The notes under the pieces are model-generated. The model was not told where the DNA came from. It ran no database searches and worked only from the letters and a program-made list of their open reading frames with translations. Source: Octopus sinensis (Eukaryota). Taken from it: a DNA stretch of 64,000 nucleotides. The stretch lies in contig NC_043007.1 of NCBI RefSeq assembly GCF_006345805.1, positions 61,194,001-61,258,000 on the forward strand, written 5' to 3'. Positions 49,550 through 61,480 of this stretch are shown one piece after another; within the stretch, counting starts at the first letter, position 1, and each line of letters starts with the position of its first letter. The position numbers were made by a program, and so were the translations under genes.

Positions 49550-51700
49550 TCTGAGAGAATGAAAAGTAAACACAACCTCGGTTAAATTTGAAATCAAACC
49601 ATGAAGACGGACGAAATACCGTTAAGCATTTTGTCAGGCGTGTTGACGATTCTGCATCTACCACCTTCAACATATAAGTAATATTAATCTATAAATACAG
49701 TATATATTTACGATACTAATGAGTCGTTTTTGGTTAGGTTAGACTCACGATAAACTTCAAATGTTTGACAGAGTAGTTTCCCTTATATCTTGGCTCTAAA
49801 ATCTTCAAAGAAATTCAAGCGACAGAACTGAAGGAATACTGAGAATATTTTTGAAGAATTCAGCTACATGAAGTGATAGAAATAGAGCATATGTAGCGAT
49901 AAATGGGAAGTGGATTTAAGAAGAGAAAGGAATACTTATGGAAAGTTCAGCTGAGTAGAGTTTGGTGTTCGATTAAAACTGTTTCAGGTCAAACTTGATT
50001 CAGTAGATTTATGATCAAAATCACTCCAGCTTTGACTAACGTGTCTTTTACTCAGTTATTGTATATTTGGGTTAAAGTTGGAGCATATTTGCCAATAAAG
50101 ATGATGGCATTCTCCTTTCGAAAGGATTTGGTATCCATCGAATTTCACTTGAAACATCGCAGTGTTACATAACGATCACACATCTTCCATGTATTGATAT
50201 ACGTTTCTTTCAATGATCCTAAATCAACCCTGCACATTCGGAAATTAAATATGCCATTCACTGCATATATTTATATTTATAATATAAATCATGATTAGGA
50301 GACAAGGAATGATTTTGATCTTGCATTTACAGGTGTAATGTGTGCATGAGTGCAGAGTGAAGGTTACCGTAAGTTTTGTTATTAATGCTCGTATTATGCA
50401 GCCTTAAAAATCTTCCTAAAATAATAAAAAATATTTGGCATAACTACAGATGCCAAATATTATTATTATTTATTATAACTGATATTACTGTATTCAAGTA
50501 AACTTTTCTTTATATTAAAAGGATAAGAGTAATTAAAGCAAATATTATAAATAATTTCAGAATGGTCCAAGAAATTAATAACCGAAAATATTTTAGTAAT
50601 TTAGAATTTCAATACAAGAACAATTTCCTTTCACTAAAGAATTTATTATTATTATTATCTTTTTCGGATGTATTAAATAGTAATCGTTCTAATGAAATAT
50701 GAATACTGTCGAGGGAAATTTTTACCTGACTTTTTTCATCAGTTTCTTCTATATTATTGTCAGACATTGGGAATCTTTTACTATAATCAGTAGACTTAGA
50801 ATCTGTATGCGAAATGAATCCTCACTGGTTAGAATATTACTTAAAGTATAATAGCATCGCTAGTCACAAAGTAAACATCGTTCTTCCAAACAAAACATGC
50901 GGTCGCGATTTAAATGAGGGAAGAAAGCAGAACGATAACTCTTGTTATTCCTCTCCCCGCCCCCAATTATGTCACCTTGAAACAAGATTTTACAATAGAT
51001 CTAAGCTCTTCGAATTAGGAATAGAAACTATTTTTATTTTAGCCTTTTGTCAAACATGACAATACAAATGATTTAAGTTATTGAACGATGTACGCAGAAA
51101 TTTTGTCAATAATTGAAATTTCCAAAGAGAAAACGAAAAAGAAAAGAAACCCTCTACAGTAATCGTTGGTGACTGCTAAAGAAGGGAGATAATTTCATTT
51201 CACGAAATTTGCATGCTAAAAGGAAAATCTAAAGGTTTGAATGAAGGGACAGCGACGAACATGCTTTGATCTTATTGAGCCTCCTTATCATAGCATAGTC
51301 TATTCAAATCAGCTTTGGTCAATCGACATAGGTTGACCAGTGGTAATTAAAAAACAAATAAACAAAAAAGACATAAAATGACCTAAGGGAAATAACTCAA
51401 GTAAATCAGTAGTAAGAATTTAGACAATATACATTTTCTGATAGTTTAAAATCAATGAAATAATTATTGTAAGACTGAAAATTACTTGAAAGCAGGATCA
51501 AAACACAAGAGAGACCCGCCATAAAAAAGACATTCGCTAACAATAAATTGAAACATTCGCTAGTTTAGTTGTGTTCAATCGTACAAAGATATACTGTGGA
51601 ATACCCCAAGTCCAAAAGTTTAAAACGAATTTACAAATTTATATATATATATGGATCTTATCAGTACAAAATCTTAAAGTACAACGCATTAAAATCTGTT
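49550..51700 (-). promoter_or_regulatory. Probable unmethylated promoter/first-exon region of COX20
   Basis: CpG dinucleotides visibly more frequent than in flanking non-TE DNA (qualitative, not counted); brackets the COX20 ATG; GC-box-like CCCCGCCCCC near 50955. Confidence 0.45.
50726..50767 (-). CDS. COX20: COX20 exon 1 coding part MSDNNIEETDEKSQ
   Basis: ATG at 50767-50765, CAG|GTAAAA donor, phase 0, acidic 14-aa N-terminus; lies in a CpG-retaining region. Confidence 0.78.
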
Positions 51701-51806
51701 GTAATTGTAACTCCCAAATAAGCATTAAACAAAATTAAATTAGAAAACTGGACAAAACAGAGAACACAATTGAAAAGAAAAAAGCAAACCAAAACAATTC
51801 ACCGCC

Positions 51807-52600
51807 TTATGTTGAAAAGTTGGGGGTGCTGAGAAACCTCTCTAATGGCTATTGAGGCATGCCAGCACGCTTGCAGCATTGCTGCAGGTGATGACAAGGC
51901 TGGTGTGCTGGAATAGCTAAGTGCCCAACCGAGCCTCACAAGTTACTACTGCTAGGCGAATAGCCAAGGAAGACAGGAATTTTGCATTTAGTGGTCCAAC
52001 CCCACCAAACATCTCGAACGCCACAGGATGGAAAATGTAGTTGGCCAACAGATCGCAGTATTTCAGGATTTTGTTCTGCTTGGCCACAGAAGCTGTGGAT
52101 CTCACTCTGACCGCAGCATCCAGGATGTGAGAAGCAAAGGAGTTCCTAACTGTGACATCCCAGATAAGGCATCTGCCTTATGACCAGGGGCACAGGTTGA
52201 GGCCGTCAGGTCTTTTCCCACCACATCTGGACAATCTAGATGGTTCCAAGATGGAAGGGATGTTTGCCCAGGCCAAGCTCCTCTTGAGTATCAGGTTGAA
52301 CTCTATATGATGCGTGAAGCGACCAGCATTCAAGCAACAAGAAAGACCATGGAGGCCTGTGGAGTTGAGGATCCTGCCATGACGATAGATCAAACCCATG
52401 CATATGTCAGCTCCCTCTCTTAGAGCAAAGAAGACATGAAGTTCATTCAAGCTGAGTAGGTCACCAACATGAGCCACAGGGATGGCATCAATCTAGTCAC
52501 CTGAATATTTGGTGCTAGCAGACAGTATGTGGCACCTTGAAAACTAGTCCGACTGGATGAAGAGGGAGTCAAAGGTGGCCTTACACAAGTGCCACAGCAT
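51807..52600 (-). mobile_element. CRE-like (restriction-like endonuclease) non-LTR retrotransposon 3' fragment
   Basis: GLHGLSC...GRFTHH..N.ILKRSL..ANIPSILEP..L.R.GGKRPDG..L.PW, then K..KY.DL...YIFHPVAFE.FG; stops present. Confidence 0.8.
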
Positions 52601-52949
52601 ACAACGTTCACAAACAATTATACAGAATGATATGCCACCAATATTTTTGTTTGTAAAGTATTTTCATTACTGTCACTATCTAGCATGGTGAACCATATCC
52701 CACTTTCCTTACCTACTGCTTCCTCTCTAATAGTATCTTGTTAACTAGAGTCTAATAAACTAAAGTGTGCATTTCTTGTTCAATGCAGCATCCCTAGTTA
52801 CATACAAGAAATCCAGAGCTTCTTGTGATAAGCACCAGATGCCACTGCCCTATTTTGTCTTCGAATATCTTTTTCATTGTTATGCAAAATATTTACTCAG
52901 GGAATAAACTTTAAATAAAATTTAGCAGCATATTTTCTCTGCAGATAAA

Positions 52950-53480
52950 AAGCATGATGTTATAATTACAATGATTTCCCAGAGACAGTTTAACACAGCT
53001 TCTACATCATTTTGATGACATTTTAAATGTTTTGTGATAGGTCCCAATACAGATGTCATACACTTTGATTTCAACAAAGCTTGCTTTGGGAGAATAAAAA
53101 TAAATAAAAACGCTATCCAGTATGGCATTTGGTGAAAAAGGATCAAATATTTCCTGGTCTAGTAGGCATGTCCCAACATGTGATTACTGGAATTCTCTCA
53201 AGCTCAGCTAGTCAGTGGTATAGTTCAAGGCACTGTGTTTGGCCTACTTCTCTCCATAATTTACATAAATAGTATCACAAATATCATCAAAGACAGCAAA
53301 ATGAAAATTTCCATAAATGACTCTTAAGTAGTTTTAGAAAGTTATTAATAGGGTAAGAGATAGGACAAAATTCCAATCTAGCTTACATTCAATTGGTAAA
53401 GCAAAACAATATGCTGCTTGATAAGGAAAAATTTGAGTTCATTCACATTGGAAGAAAGGATCTACTTAAACAGCCACATT
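52950..53480 (+). mobile_element. Decayed CR1-type RT fragment
   Basis: LLHHFDDILNVL..PNTDVIHFDFNKA and GIVQGTVFGLLLSIIYINSI resemble CR1 RT motifs (DVIYLDF.KAFD; GVPQGSVLGPLLF.IYIND). Confidence 0.6.
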
Positions 53481-53539
53481 CTCATCTCTCAAGAGAACCT
53501 CTCATAGTGACATGCCCATTGTTAACAGGGTGCACTTGA

Positions 53540-54780
53540 TGGCACTGGTCCCTCACTATTCAATGGTGCACCCTCAAGTTTACAGTGATACTCTTAATTC
53601 AAAACTGCATGTACTGCAGCTATTATTCTGATTGTTAGAGCAACTTACCACCTCATATACGATCCCCTAGGCCTTGCATTGGCCTCCCACTGGATTGTAC
53701 TCCCAGCATGAGCAACCGGCCTCTGTTTGTATGTTAGGGATGTTCACTAAAATTGTTTTAATGCTAGGTGTGTAACTATAGGAGACCCTTAGGTTGTAGC
53801 TATTGAACAAACGCCTGTGCCTGTGTGGCTGCATGAAGTGCTTGTCCACAAACCTAAGGAAGATCCTTCCCACACAATTTTTAACATTAATAGAGAAGGG
53901 TGGGAGTAAACCAAATAACATTCCAGTGGGTGTTTTCTTTTGTGGGTGCTGGGGCCTGGCATACCGATATGGTCCTTAAACCCACTGGACACCAGAGCCT
54001 TGTTATAATAGAGGGCTGTGGCATTTAAAATCTCTTGATTCAGGGACAGGTTTGAGACCCTCTTGCTGACACCCTTCACTAGGTTCCTGAACATGATAGC
54101 CAGGTGGCCAGAGGTAGCGTTGATGTAAGACAGTTTCTTGTTTGGCTTGCAGTAGGGCCTGTATAAACCAAAGCCTAAATCTAGCATGATGTCTAAGAAA
54201 TTTACAATGGTGAGATTGGTCACAATTGTTATTTTGAGTCCCATGGAGCCTAGGGTGCTAGTTAGGTTCTTCCTAAGTCCATCAAGGGTGTGCCTATCAG
54301 CTCCTGTAGAGCATCATCTCTGTAGACACCAAAGAGGACCTCTTCTTTAAGGTGTCCAGGATATATAGCCCAATGAGGTTACATATGTCGGCACTGTCAT
54401 AAGCTCCCATTGTCACATCAAAGGAGCCCACGAGGTTGGTTTGTTTGACCCAGGTCAAACATTTATCAAACAGTATTATTTTCCTGACATGCATAATAAT
54501 GTCAATGTTACTATTGCTAATGTCAATGAAGCCACTAGTAAAGGAAAGTATCTTGACCAGTAACCCTTTTGACATAAGTAAAAGTCGTCTATGTTGAATT
54601 CAGTGAGCCTTGCTCTACTCCTCCTCTGGTTGGCATTAAGCCATGAAATTAGTTTGATGGTGCTGTACCTTAGGGAAAGGTTGGAGGTACTTCTTATGTT
54701 ATCATTAATTTTCCTCAGTATTTTTTTCGCTCACCAGACTGATCTTGGATTTAGTCACTACTTACTGCAAGCGTGGGGAT
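53540..54780 (-). mobile_element. Decayed Penelope-like element (RT core, thumb, start of GIY-YIG)
   Basis: FDVTMGAYDSADICNLIGLYIL, VNFLDIMLDL..GLYRPY.KPN, PPFSINVKNCVGRIFLRFVDKHF, FNSYNLRVSYSY, GIVYEV; many frameshifts. Confidence 0.88.
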
Positions 54781-55406
54781 TCCCCATTCATTGATCAGGA
54801 CCATAAAACATTTGTTGACTGGACTCACTGTAAAAGCGAGGATTCCCTGTTTATTGATTAAAGCCATAAAAAATTTAATAGGAATCGATCTAAGGGTCAT
54901 AATCCATCCCACCTAAGGCTAAGACTATATTTTTGTTCACAAAATTAACTGACTAACGTTTTTCTATATCCATTTTGAAAAACAGGTTATATGCCTGTGG
55001 CCACTGGAGTCCGACATGCCATTATAAGGCTAAGCACTTTATGGATGCAAAACCATTGGTCATTCTATGACCAGCCATATAATTAACTTCCTATAAATAC
55101 AGACATACATGCACAACCATATAAGCTTGCACACATTGCCCCTGTTCACCACACAGCGATTTCCTGTTTACCATGCAGTATTTTCCAAGTAACTGTTGTT
55201 GGTGATATACCAACATCAAACTGCGACACTGCGTGACTTTCCCCGACCGATTGCAGCTCACCTTATGGTAATAACAATCGACTTTCTTCAACTCCTCTCA
55301 TTCAAATTCCCAATGGCTGAAGATTAACATCATGTTTGAAACTTGGAGTACCAATGAATTTGAATCAAACTGTTTTGATTCACATACACACACATATATA
55401 TATATA

Positions 55407-55520
55407 TAAAAGGCACCTGTGCTTGTAACATGTAAAAGGCACCTGTGCTTGTAACATGTAAAAGGCACCTGTGCTGGTGACACGTAAACGGCACCTATGT
55501 TGGTGACACATAAAAGACAC
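55407..55520. repeat. About 4 copies of a 26-bp tandem repeat TAAAAGGCACCTGTGCTTGTAACATG, derived from the RTE-tail motif
   Basis: Direct inspection; continues into TAAAAGACACCCAGTATACTCTGTGGAGTGG. Confidence 0.75.
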
Positions 55521-56118
55521 CCAGTATACTCTGTGGAGTGGCTGTATTTTATAGCATAATTTTCTAAAAAACAGAAAAGTTTTCAGCATTTAATTCTGTC
55601 CCTCTATGATTCCGAGTTCAAATCATACTAGGTTGGCTTTGCATCTTGTTCCTCCAGGTCAACTTTGACTTTTTTCCTTCCAGAGTTTACTGTTTTACAC
55701 CCCTCAATAGTTGATAAAACAAGTGCCAGATTTGATTGCATATACACCTCCCCAATATATCTGTGACTCAGTGATGAAGTAAAAAATAATTTTATAAATA
55801 TTCAATGTTATAGAAGATAACAGAGACAACAGAATGCTTACACTAAAACATTAGCTTTATTCTGTCCCTCTTAATTTTGAGTTCAAATCCTACTAGGATT
55901 GACTTAGTCCTTTGTTTCAATAGCAACAATGAAATTAAACGCCACTGATATAAAGATATAAAATTGAATTTGTGCTCATGTGTTAAATTATAATTGCAAA
56001 ATTTGCAGATGGCAACTTTTTTTTAACTTAGCAGAAAACTTCCATTGACATCTTTGTCTATTTTTCTTTTTTGCAATATAATTTTATAATTGAAGATCAG
56101 ATAATGTTAATGAAGTTG

Positions 56119-56187
56119 TCAACAGTTTTCTCGTTCAAAGTTGAATTTGATAAAAGCATCTTTTTGTGCATCAACAGGATATGATAC
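56119..56187 (-). CDS. Unidentified gene 3, last coding exon VSYPVDAQKDAFIKFNFERENC*
   Basis: tttctttcttctattttcag acceptor, phase 0 compatible with the preceding exon, TGA at 56121-56119; candidate AATAAA near 55856. Confidence 0.72.
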   Translation of the reverse strand, partial: VSYPVDAQKDAFIKFNFERENC

Positions 56188-56436
56188 CTGAAAATAGAAG
56201 AAAGAAATGTTAAGAGCCATCAAAATATAAATGTGTGTATATTATGTAGGTGTTCATACATGTTTGTTTGTTTGTTTTTTATCTTTTATTTTTTACTTGT
56301 TTCAGTCATTAGTCATTTGTAATCGAATAAATTGATCCCAGTACTTTTCCTTTTTAAGCCAAGTACTTATTTTGTTGGTCTCTTTGGCCAAACCAGTTGT
56401 CAAGTGGTGGGGGACAAACAAACACACACACATGCG

Positions 56437-56511
<75 letters not shown>

Positions 56512-57657
56512 CTCTCTCTCTCTCTTTTATTTGTTTCAGTCATTTGACTGTAGCCATGCTGGAGAACTGCCTTGAAGGATTTTAGTTGAAGAAATTGACT
56601 CCAGGACTTATTTTTTAAGTCTAGTAGTAATTCCAGCAGTTTCATTTGCTGAACCGCTAATGTTATGGGGATGTAAACATACCAACACTTGTTGTCAAGC
56701 AATGGTGGGATGACAAACACAGACACAAACACACACACACACGCATGCACACACACATACACACACACACAATGGGTTTCTTTCAGTTTCTCTCTACAAT
56801 ATCCACTCACAAGGCTTTGATCAACCTGGGGCTATAGTAAAAGACACTTGCCCAAGATGCCGTGCAGTGGGACTGAACCTGGAACCATGTGGCTGTGAAG
56901 CAAGCTTCTTACTACACAGCTATGCTTGCACCTATAAAATGAAATTTTTCAGCTGACTGATGAAAATGCTTATATTGGTTGTTTTACATCCAACAACTAT
57001 CATTGCTTAGTTTATGGGTATTTGATGGCAAATTAACAATGGTCAGCTTACTACTGACATTATCATTTAATTTTTGTGCATTGAACAACCTTCAGTGGTT
57101 AGCTTATTGCAGACAACATAAGTCTATTTGATATGTCTGGTTGTTTATCACAATCTTGCTGACTAGGAATAAACTAGGCAGAGTCTCACTACAAGAATCT
57201 GTCCTGATTTAATAGTGTTGGTATATTTTATAACTATTTGCGCTTGACTATGTGAGTATACTAAATTAGCCATAGCTGAGCAGCACTTAAGTTTTTTACC
57301 TTGGTGTTCCCTACATCATCTATTTTTACTGAGGTAATGTTTTGGTCCCAACCTTAATAATTTTATTTTGTATCAAGTGTTAAACCAGCAATAGGAAAGG
57401 ACTTCTTTTAATCTTATTTTATTAAACCCGATTTGCATGTATTTGTAGTTCAACTATTGACAAGGGTGAAATAAATCAGCAATGGTACTTTTATATATAA
57501 ACTTGGCCATTAAAGATTAATTTTTTAGAAATACAGAATAGGTTAGTTATGAGATATAGATTGTTCCTTTAATTGGCAGCCTATACTATTTCAGTTCTAT
57601 CTTTATAAAGATACAAATGTTAAAAAAAATTGAGGAAATAAAGTGTGCACCTCTTAC

Positions 57658-57739
57658 CTTACAACCAACTGAATGAATTTTCTCAGTTGCTTTATCAATA
57701 AAATCCTGCAGCTTCTCTTTCCTCAGGTCCAACATAAAT
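57658..57739 (-). CDS. Unidentified gene 3 exon (K)FMLDLRKEKLQDFIDKATEKIHSVGCK
   Basis: gtctttcacaacag acceptor, AAG|GTAAGA donor, phase 2 to 0, open frame. Confidence 0.75.
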
Positions 57740-58409
57740 CTGTTGTGAAAGACATGTTCAGTTTTATTTTAAATGTAATTTTTCAGAGAATTATAAATTC
57801 TATTTTATTCTAAGTAAAAATGAGATTTCTGAGAAAATGCCAGCATAGAAAAAAGTTATTCACCCACTACAACAGAACTGAAATCCTAAAACCAAGGTGT
57901 CGTGTAAAAAGTACTGGTGATGGTGCCATGAAAAAATGTACCCAGTACATACTATAGAGTTGTTGGTGTTAGGAAGGGCAGCCAGCTATAGAAACCAAGC
58001 CAAAAAAGACTATGGAACCTGGTGTGGCCATTGGCCTTATCAGTTCCTGTCAATCAATTTAACCCATACTAGCATGTAAAATGGACGTTAAATGTTGACA
58101 GTATTGTTGATGATGATTGTAATGATATGTAATTAAAGGCAACAAGTATGACAAGGATGATGATTTCACTTCATTTATATCTTTATACTTTGAATGTTGT
58201 ATCTATAAGGATAGTGAGTTGTATGAATAACATAGCCTTACACCAAACAACTTATATTCAAGTGCATCATTCCTTGATGTTAAAAATCTTGCTGGGTTAA
58301 ATGGTCTTTCATTTCTCTGATGTTTATAAAAAAATGCCAGCAACGGATTAGCTGTACCTTTGGCTGGTTCAAATTCATCTTGAGTTTAGTCATAACAAAT
58401 TAAATGTTA

Positions 58410-59041
58410 GCAATAATAAATCTCTGAACGAGATATAAACAGTAACCGCTTGACAACGTAAGGTGTACTAGCCATCTGAATGTGGCTAGCCACTGGGGGT
58501 GGGGTGTTACTGATGCTTTTAACCCCAGGCGATCAACATCACCAGATGGACTTTAGACACTATCTCAGTGCCCTTGTGTTATTTGCAAAGGGAGGTCATC
58601 CTCCCTTGAAGACCTAAGTACTACATATGGACTATAGTTTCAAGGTAATTGCCTCTCGTCAACGCATGGTAAGTACCGGTCTTCGATGAAGGAGTCCCCT
58701 TGCAAATAATATATAATGTTTTTCACAGCAACCACTGTCACTGATTTAGAAAAACTGTCTGAAAGCAATAATAAATCTCTGAACGAGATATAAACAGTAA
58801 CTGCTCGACAACGTAAGGTGTACTAGCCATCTGAATGTGGCTAGCCACTGGGGGTGGGGTGTTACTGATGCTTTTAGCCCCAGGCGATCAACGTCACCAG
58901 ATGGACTTTAGACACTATCTCAGTGCCCTGAGATAGTGTCTAAAGTCCATCTGGTGACGTTGATCGCCTGGGGCTAAAAGCATCAGTAACACCCCACCCC
59001 CAGTGGCTAGCCACATTCAGATGGCTAGTACACCTTACGTT
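58410..59041 (-). mobile_element. Non-autonomous PLE-related/retrozyme-like insertion (632 bp) with a 13-bp TSD
   Basis: AAATTAAATGTTA at 58397-58409 and 59042-59054; 166-bp direct repeat 58409-58574/58764-58929 (period 355, 4 mismatches); perfect 114-bp inverted arms 58810-58923/58928-59041; no ORF. Confidence 0.9.
58624..58668 (-). ncRNA. Minimal type I hammerhead ribozyme (UUGACGA core variant)
   Basis: Stem I CAUGCG/CAUAUG extended by GUAC/GUAC and GAAGACC/GGUCUUC; stem II GAGG-CAAUUA-CCUU; GAAA; palindromic CUAUAG; GUC site between 58630 and 58629. Confidence 0.75.
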
Positions 59042-59462
59042 AAATTAAATGTTAATTTTTCATCAAAGATTTTTCAGTTCATTTCCCAAATTTATATAAC
59101 TAATATAACTAATAAAGGACTGAAGATGATAAACTGTTGGAATGCTTCATTAAAAGTAATAAGTTCAATATATTTTTATTATGGTAATATAATTAATAGT
59201 GAGTCTAGAACTAATTATAAAATTGTGGTTAGGGTTTAAGGTGTGCAGACAAAATTTCATGAAGAACTATATTAGTAGTGCCCCAGTATGGCTAGAGAGC
59301 ATGAAGGTACCATCCTTGCTAGTGGCAAAATAATTACTTCAATACGTCATTGAAAAACTATTTAGTGTGCCTGCCAGCACCTCTTTCTACAAAGCATGAA
59401 TAATAAAGATAATTGAATAAGAAACATCTGGAATATGATCTATTGGATATAGTTTTACTTAC

Positions 59463-59537
59463 TTGGCAGTTTCAATAATGATTTTTGTTTGATTGGAAAA
59501 TATTGGTGTTATTTCTGGTATTAAATTATGGATTGAA
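59463..59537 (-). CDS. Unidentified gene 3 exon SIHNLIPEITPIFSNQTKIIIETA(K)
   Basis: Very long pyrimidine tract + ccccaag, GTAAGT donor, phase 2-2, open frame. Confidence 0.75.
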
Positions 59538-60529
59538 CTTGGGGAAAAAATACAAAAAAGAAGATAAATGAAGAAAAAATATAATAATCATATCGACAGT
59601 CAAATAAGGATTGGTAAACTCTTTATATTTCAGCAAATATTTTCCTGTTTCACTAGGTGTAAGTAGTGAATTGAATGTTGGGCTTCCTGTTGATGCCCCA
59701 TCATGTTTCTGAGAAAAATCCTTAATTCTACATTGTCTCACTTTATTGTCAGGAACAGATACCAAGTCATCTGTCAATGCTCAGAAACTACCAATTACCT
59801 TGGCCCAGCTAACCATTGGAACTGGAGTCTGGTTCTGATTATGAACTAGATGTAATGGCTGATGTATACAGCAGTCCATTTGATAGTAAACCCATTAGAT
59901 ATGGGTATCCATCACTCAATGGCTATATTTCTTGGATACAAAAGATTATAGGAGCATGTCTTGTTGCAATAGACAATTTTTTGTTGTCCATGACATGAGG
60001 CATGACCATGACACTCGGAGACTTTTCCATCCATTGCAAGCAAGGAAAAAGAACATGTAAAATAATAATGATGAAGATGATGACAATTTCAATGATACTT
60101 CTCTAATGTTGGTATAGCGTTTTATGGTATATACATCACATAATTCCCTCTACCTTTGCCAGTAAAATTACAGTTAGTTTTCTTGTTGCAAGAAACATGA
60201 TTAAATACATCCCATTGTGATTGTTTATGAAAGGGAAAATGCAAAGATAGTGACAGTAGAATTGCCATTGCACCTTCTTTTCATCACTTCCTTAACTTTC
60301 TAACTTAAGTTGATGAAGATTTTCTGTTCATGAGGGGATTTGATTTCAACAATAAAAACTAACAAAACACTTAGCAATACAGTTCTCTCATTTATCCCCA
60401 CTTAAACATGGATGTTCTGTAAGAACAAACTATACTGTGGTAGATACCACGAGAGAAACTTTCATATTGGCTTTTGATGCAAAATGCACTCTTGTTTATA
60501 ATGCTAGTGGGGAGATAAATCTCCCTTAC

Positions 60530-60594
60530 TTCCAGTGCCAAGACCACCAGATCATGTGATTTTGACCTTCCTTGGTCTTGTCAATGATGGATAC
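60530..60594 (-). CDS. Possible further exon of gene 3, VSIIDKTKEGQNHMIWWSWHW(N)
   Basis: GAA|GTAAGG donor, moderate acceptor, phase 0 to 2 fits the next exon; the other two frames contain stops. Confidence 0.45.
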
Positions 60595-61208
60595 CTAACT
60601 GCTAGAGGTAGCAGCGACTCATCTCCCTGCCAGCAATATATAGAATAATAGTGCCAGAACAGGCACAGCGGCAGAGGTAGTATTAATACTGAAATAAATG
60701 AGTTGTACTTTCTTACAATATCTATTTACAGCGGGACAGAGTGGCATATTGAGTTGGATGACTTTGCTGAAGACAAAGCTGACTATTGTTTAAGGGATAC
60801 AGAAATATGGGCTGCAGCCCACTTAAATGGTATATTGATAGCATAACAACTCAGTCACTTGTAACTCTGATGATACAAAGTAACATGAAATGAGATTATC
60901 TATAAAATAATTGTGAAAAATTATTGGAAAACCACTTAAAGAACAAACACAGGTTATCTTTCTTGATCAACATAAAGCTAAATATACTTACGAATTAGAG
61001 AAATATATGATGTCAAACAAATGCTTATATTGTTCTTTTAGAGGCATACTCTTGATTGCATCAAATGGGAGAAATGTGACTTTAAAAGAATCCACTGGGA
61101 TAGACTCTAAAGTAGAAATTGAGAAAAAACATTTTTTTACATTAATTATGAAAATCTTTTTTCCTGAACTATTTTAATTTTTACATTACAAGTAAAATTT
61201 GTTTTAGC

Positions 61209-61278
<70 letters not shown>

Positions 61279-61280
61279 AT

Positions 61281-61480
61281 CATGTGTCAAGTGGAGAATC
61301 ATATCATAGAAAAATCCATGCCACATGTTAATGGATCTAAAAAATCCAAGTTATGTGTAGCTGAAAGAATGCATATTCTTTTTTAGAGCTAAGAAGAAAT
61401 CCACTACATTGCGGAATTTCAAATCAGAAATTTTCAGCAAATGAAAACATATAGACAAATTTCATTTGGTGAATTGGAGA
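61281..61480 (+). mobile_element. Decayed PLE GIY-YIG C-terminal remnant directly after (TA)n
   Basis: VKWRII..EKSMPHVNGSKKSKLCVAERMHILFRAKKKSTTLRNFKSEIFSK*KHIDKFHL parallels W.I....P...G...C.LC..E...IL......N..SE....C.H..KF.L. Confidence 0.7.

Noticed and set aside
55262-55316. Minus-strand exon-like segment with AAG|GTGAGC donor
   Set aside because: Stops in all three frames, and it lies downstream of the gene 3 stop; no support as coding.
59526-59998. ORFs 59526-59777 (-) and 59816-59998 (+), plus a GDFS motif near 60015
   Set aside because: Could not be joined to gene 3 with credible splice sites (needs a GTTTAC donor); the LINE endonuclease resemblance is too weak.
60867-60900. CTGATGA...GAAA hammerhead-like core
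   Set aside because: Stems I-III cannot be formed. CTGATGA hits at RT YADD codons (e.g. near 26790) are coding, and the motif near 61737 is too decayed to call.
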